Assembly: GCA_964016885.1 (NCBI GenBank)
Contig: OZ024743.1
Span: 119,536,001-119,600,000 of the forward strand
DNA: 64,000 bases
Source: Eledone cirrhosa
Taxonomy: Eukaryota
Direction of reading: 5' to 3'
Shown: positions 59,901-64,000 of the stretch, piece after piece
Position numbering within the stretch: the stretch's first letter is position 1
Layout: the number at the start of each line of letters is the position of its first letter
Translations under genes and position numbers: made by a program
Notes under the pieces: model-generated
What the model was told of the DNA's origin: nothing
What the model saw: the letters and a program-made list of their open reading frames with translations, nothing else
The model's database searches: none

Positions 59901-60815
59901 CACACATATACATACACTCATATACACATATATATACACTCATATACACATATACATACACTCATACATACATATACATACACTCATACACACATATATA
60001 TATACACTCATACACACATATAAATACACTCATATACCCATATATATACACTCATACACACATATACATACACTCATACACACATATACATACACTCATA
60101 CACACATATACATACACTCATATACACATATATATACACTCATACACACATATAAATACACTCATACACACATATACATACACTCATACACATATATGTA
60201 TATATACACTCATACACACATATACATACACTCATATACACATATATATACACTCATACACACATATAAATACACTCATACACACATATACATACACTCA
60301 TACACACATATACATACACTCATACACATATATATATACACTCATACACACATATAAATACACTCATATACACATATATATACACTCATACACACATATA
60401 AATACACTCATACACACATATACATACACTCATACACATATATATATATATACACTCTTACACACATATAAATACACTCATATACACATATATATACACT
60501 CATACACACATATACATACACTCATACACATATATATATACACTCATAGAGACATATACATACACTCATACACATATATAAATACAATCATATGTATATG
60601 TATATGTATACATATACTCATACACACATATACATTCACTCATATGCACATATGCATACACTCATGCACACATATACAGACATTCCTACACACACATATA
60701 CACTCTAACATACACATATACATTCACTCATATGCACATATGCATACACTCATGCACACATATACAGACATTCCTACACACACATATACACTCTAACATA
60801 CACATATACACTTTC
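56975..60815. repeat. ~22-bp satellite (CACTCATACACACATATACATA)n
   Basis: About 3.8 kb tandem array with variant units. Confidence 0.92.
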
Positions 60816-60946
60816 ACACGTTTTTTTAGATATGATACTGCACTGATATATTTGAACGTGTGCACTTGTGAGTGCCTGTGTTTATGTGTGTATGTTTATG
60901 TGTGTGTGTGTCTATGTGCGTGTTTATGTGTGTATGTGCCTGCATA

Positions 60947-60996
<50 letters not shown>

Positions 60997-60998
<2 letters not shown>

Positions 60999-61143
60999 CG
61001 AAGGAGGTGTGGTAAGGAACCAGATGGATCATAACGCACCAGAGTACTCAATACTTAGGGTAGTAGAGTGGGTAATAGGAAAAAAGTTTAACCCCGACGG
61101 CAGAAATAGCCGTCGAAAGGGCTCGTCGGGGTTAATCTGTTTC
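60997..61143 (-). mobile_element. Family P pLTR fragment (diverged)
   Basis: Shares CATAACGCACCA.AGTACTCAATACTTAGGGTAGTAGAGTGGGTAATAGGAA and has a short fold-back TTAACCCCGACG/CGTCGGGGTTAA. Confidence 0.7.
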
Positions 61144-61158
61144 ATATATATAAATATA

Positions 61159-61201
<43 letters not shown>

Positions 61202-61938
61202 TGTGTGTGTGTATAAATATATATATTTATTTATATATGCATGTATAGATGTGAGTATGTATGTGTGTGCGTGATACTCAACATACTTGCTGACTGACAG
61301 TCAGTATTACACATTGTCTGTTGTATCAGGAGGAAAGAGGTAAGGACATGGAATGTAAAGAATCTGACCAGATGTGTTCACTGAAGCTTGACACTAGTGT
61401 ATACAAATATGTATGCGTGAATCTGTGTATGTGTCTGTATTGTGTGCGACGCTACAGAAACACTCACCTGTCTAGAAGATACCTGTACGACAATGCTGTG
61501 AACACTTATTACTGATCTTCCATACCCATCACCTTTGCCTCATTCTTTCTCTTCATCTTTTATACTCATTTTCTTTCTTCCCTTCGACATTTTTATTACC
61601 CCACCCCAAAAAATTTGTGTAGTATCCATCAACTTTACTCTAAAGTTGTCTTAATTTTCGAAGCTTAGTCTCAGTACTGCTAAAAGTAGCTTATTTACAC
61701 ACACACACACATACACACACACATAAATACACACATATATTTGTGTGTGTATATATATATATACATAAATATACACATACACACACACAAATACACACAT
61801 ATATACACACTCGCGCGCACACACGCACACACACATTTATATTTATATATATATTCCTTCCCTTTAACCCCACCCCCCTTTTTAATGTCTTTCCACCACA
61901 CCCCCTCACACCATCGGAACTCTTTTCCTTCCCACTTT

Positions 61939-61974
61939 TCTCCTGATGAAGGGCTTTTGCCCGAAACGTCGACC
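61939..61974 (+). ncRNA. Minimal hammerhead in a pLTR-like fragment (~61855-62065)
   Basis: tc-CTGATGA-a GGGC TTTT GCCC-GAAAC GTC-ga. Confidence 0.8.
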
Positions 61975-62078
61975 CCCAGCCCCCACTCTCAAGCGTGAAC
62001 CTAATACTTATACTGTCTGTACTGCACTCTTCGTTATTGTCTTTGTTTTTTTGTTTTTAACTTTTCTCTCTCTCTCTT

Positions 62079-62159
<81 letters not shown>

Positions 62160-62162
<3 letters not shown>

Positions 62163-62325
62163 AAAGGTAAACAGAAATAATAACACAATCGGTACAGTAT
62201 ATGGATGGGATATATTAGGTTAACGCTTGATATAGCAGGAAGAGGGTCTTAACGTTTCGGGCGCTAGTCCTTCATCAGAAGAAAGAATGAAAAATAAGAT
62301 AGATTGATGGGACGGGTGGGATGGA
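62160..62325 (-). mobile_element. pLTR fragment, same family as 48168-48340
   Basis: Same terminus GTAAAAGGTAAACAGAAATAA..ACACAATCGGTACA next to (TA)n. Confidence 0.8.
62247..62282 (-). ncRNA. Minimal hammerhead
   Basis: TCTT-CTGATGA-agga ctagcg ccc-GAAAC GTT-AAGA. Confidence 0.75.
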
Positions 62326-62556
62326 ATTGGAAAACATGTCTTTACCGAGAATATACCTTATAGAATATATGTCAAAGTGCGAATAAGAAATAAGACAATA
62401 AAATGCAGCACCAGAGAACAACACACACAATAATAGTCTTAGCATTTCAGATACTAGTCCTTCCTTGGAAGGTAGAGACAGAGATAGAAAGAAGAGATAT
62501 AAGAGTAAAAAGTAAAACAGGAAACATGGAAAAAGAGGAAAACACGTGTGAGTCAG

Positions 62557-62596
<40 letters not shown>

Positions 62597-62759
62597 ACCC
62601 ACACACACATACACACACACACACATACACATATATCGACAGTCGATCGACAAGAGACCAGACCTCATTCACATAACGAGTGGGGTGGAGCTCGTCAAAT
62701 CGGACCGAGGAAACAATGTTTTCATTGGCTTTTCTAATTGCTAATATTATATGTCGGTC

Positions 62760-62892
62760 GCAAATCCAGGCAGAAGGAGCAACCTGAAATAAAATGTCTT
62801 GCCCAAGGATATGATGCATCGTTCGATCCGGAATCGAAATCACAACCTCATGGTTGCGAATCCAATTCTCTAACCACTCTAACCACTTCACA
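62760..62892 (-). mobile_element. Degenerate CORE-like SINE
   Basis: Minus: tRNA-like head then TCCTTGGGCAAGACATTTTATTTCA. Confidence 0.6.
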
Positions 62893-63058
62893 TATGTATT
62901 GTACACATACAAATCTGGCTGATCAGTGGGCCTGCTAATATGCAGATCAGACGGATCGGCCAGTCTGCTAATACCCAATTCAGGCCGATCAGTCACTGTA
63001 TATTTTAGAAAATATCATATATTTTCACTAGCTCTGACTGTTGGCAGGTAAGCAGTAT

Positions 63059-63105
63059 ACTGTACTGATGAAGGGTAATCACCCAGAAACATTAGTGTCT
63101 GCAGT
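63059..63105 (+). ncRNA. Type I hammerhead ribozyme (complete)
   Basis: ACTGTA-CTGATGA-a GGGT AATC ACCC a-GAAACA TTAG TGTC-TGCAGT; GUC site at 63099. Confidence 0.85.
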
Positions 63106-63273
63106 TCTGTTTACATGTCAACACAATAGTAACAATGATGGAATCATTCTACTGACATGGCTTTAAAGAGGCTATTTGCATAATTGCAAACGAATTGAAT
63201 GTTTATTATTAATATTCGAAAAACTCAGATTACATTTGTAGTATTCAGACATGTAGAGCGATAAAACTATTTG

Positions 63274-63313
<40 letters not shown>

Positions 63314-63599
63314 AAAGAGAGAAAGAGATAGGGAGAGTGAAAGATAGAGAGAGATACATACATATGCATACACATACAGATTCTCTCTCCTTCTCTCAAC
63401 TAGTACTATTTTAACGACCCAAGAAAGATGAATGGCTAATCTGACCTGCACGGGATATTTGAACTCACAATGTAGATACTGTATGATAATTTGTCCGATT
63501 CTCTAATGACAGCTAATAAAATAATTTGTTTCATGAAAGTTAAAATTCGTCCTCTCTTTCTCTTCCTCACTTACTCCCCCCTCCTTCTCTATCTCTCTC

Positions 63600-63880
63600 T
63601 TCCCTAAGATGAAAGTCAAAGTTGACATCGGTTGGATTTGAACCCAGAATCTAAATGACTGTAACTAAACGCCCAGAAACATTTTGTCCAGCGCTCTAGT
63701 GATTGTTTCTACTTTTGGCACAAGGCCAGCAATTATCCTAGTGTATTACTGGTACTTTATGTTATCGACCCCGTAAGGATGAAAGGCAAAGTTAACCTCG
63801 GCGGGATTTGAACTCAGAATGGCAAGGGCCGTAACTCTTTGCTGCAAAGCATGGCGTCAGACCCTCTACCGATACTACCG
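63600..63880 (-). mobile_element. SINE family A copies (younger copy 63700-63880 after or within an older one)
   Basis: Reverse-complement consensus; GTCCAGCGCTCTA is repeated on both sides of the younger copy. Confidence 0.8.
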
Positions 63881-64000
63881 TCCAGCGCTCTAATGATGGA
63901 GGCTAAACACCCAGTAAATAAATCATGATGCGTTTCATGACAAGAATTCGTCCTGTCTCGCTCGCTCTCTCACATTCTCTCAATCCTTTCTCTCTTTCTC

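Overview
AT-rich, microsatellite-dense animal DNA; the SINE repertoire points to an octopod cephalopod (inference). I cannot confidently call any host protein-coding exon, and nearly all listed ORFs are microsatellite artefacts. The centrepiece is a very young, intact, tandem Neptune-type Penelope-like element (PLE) at 14419-26440: inverted pLTR, pLTR, ORF1/ORF2, pLTR, ORF1/ORF2, pLTR. ORF1 joins the RT/GIY-YIG ORF2 through an in-frame U_UUU_UUA(GGG) -1 slippery site, and every pLTR carries a U3-A8 variant minimal hammerhead ribozyme (HHR). A ~200-nt non-coding family with the same variant HHR core and ACCGGT dimerisation palindrome occurs three times around it. At least eight further HHR-bearing pLTR-like fragments occur in the window, mostly in (TA)n and often as fold-back palindromes. 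Also present: a decayed Hydra-clade PLE, tRNA-derived SINEs, hAT/pogo MITEs, Helitron ends, RTE fragments and a 22-bp satellite with a 770-bp higher-order repeat.
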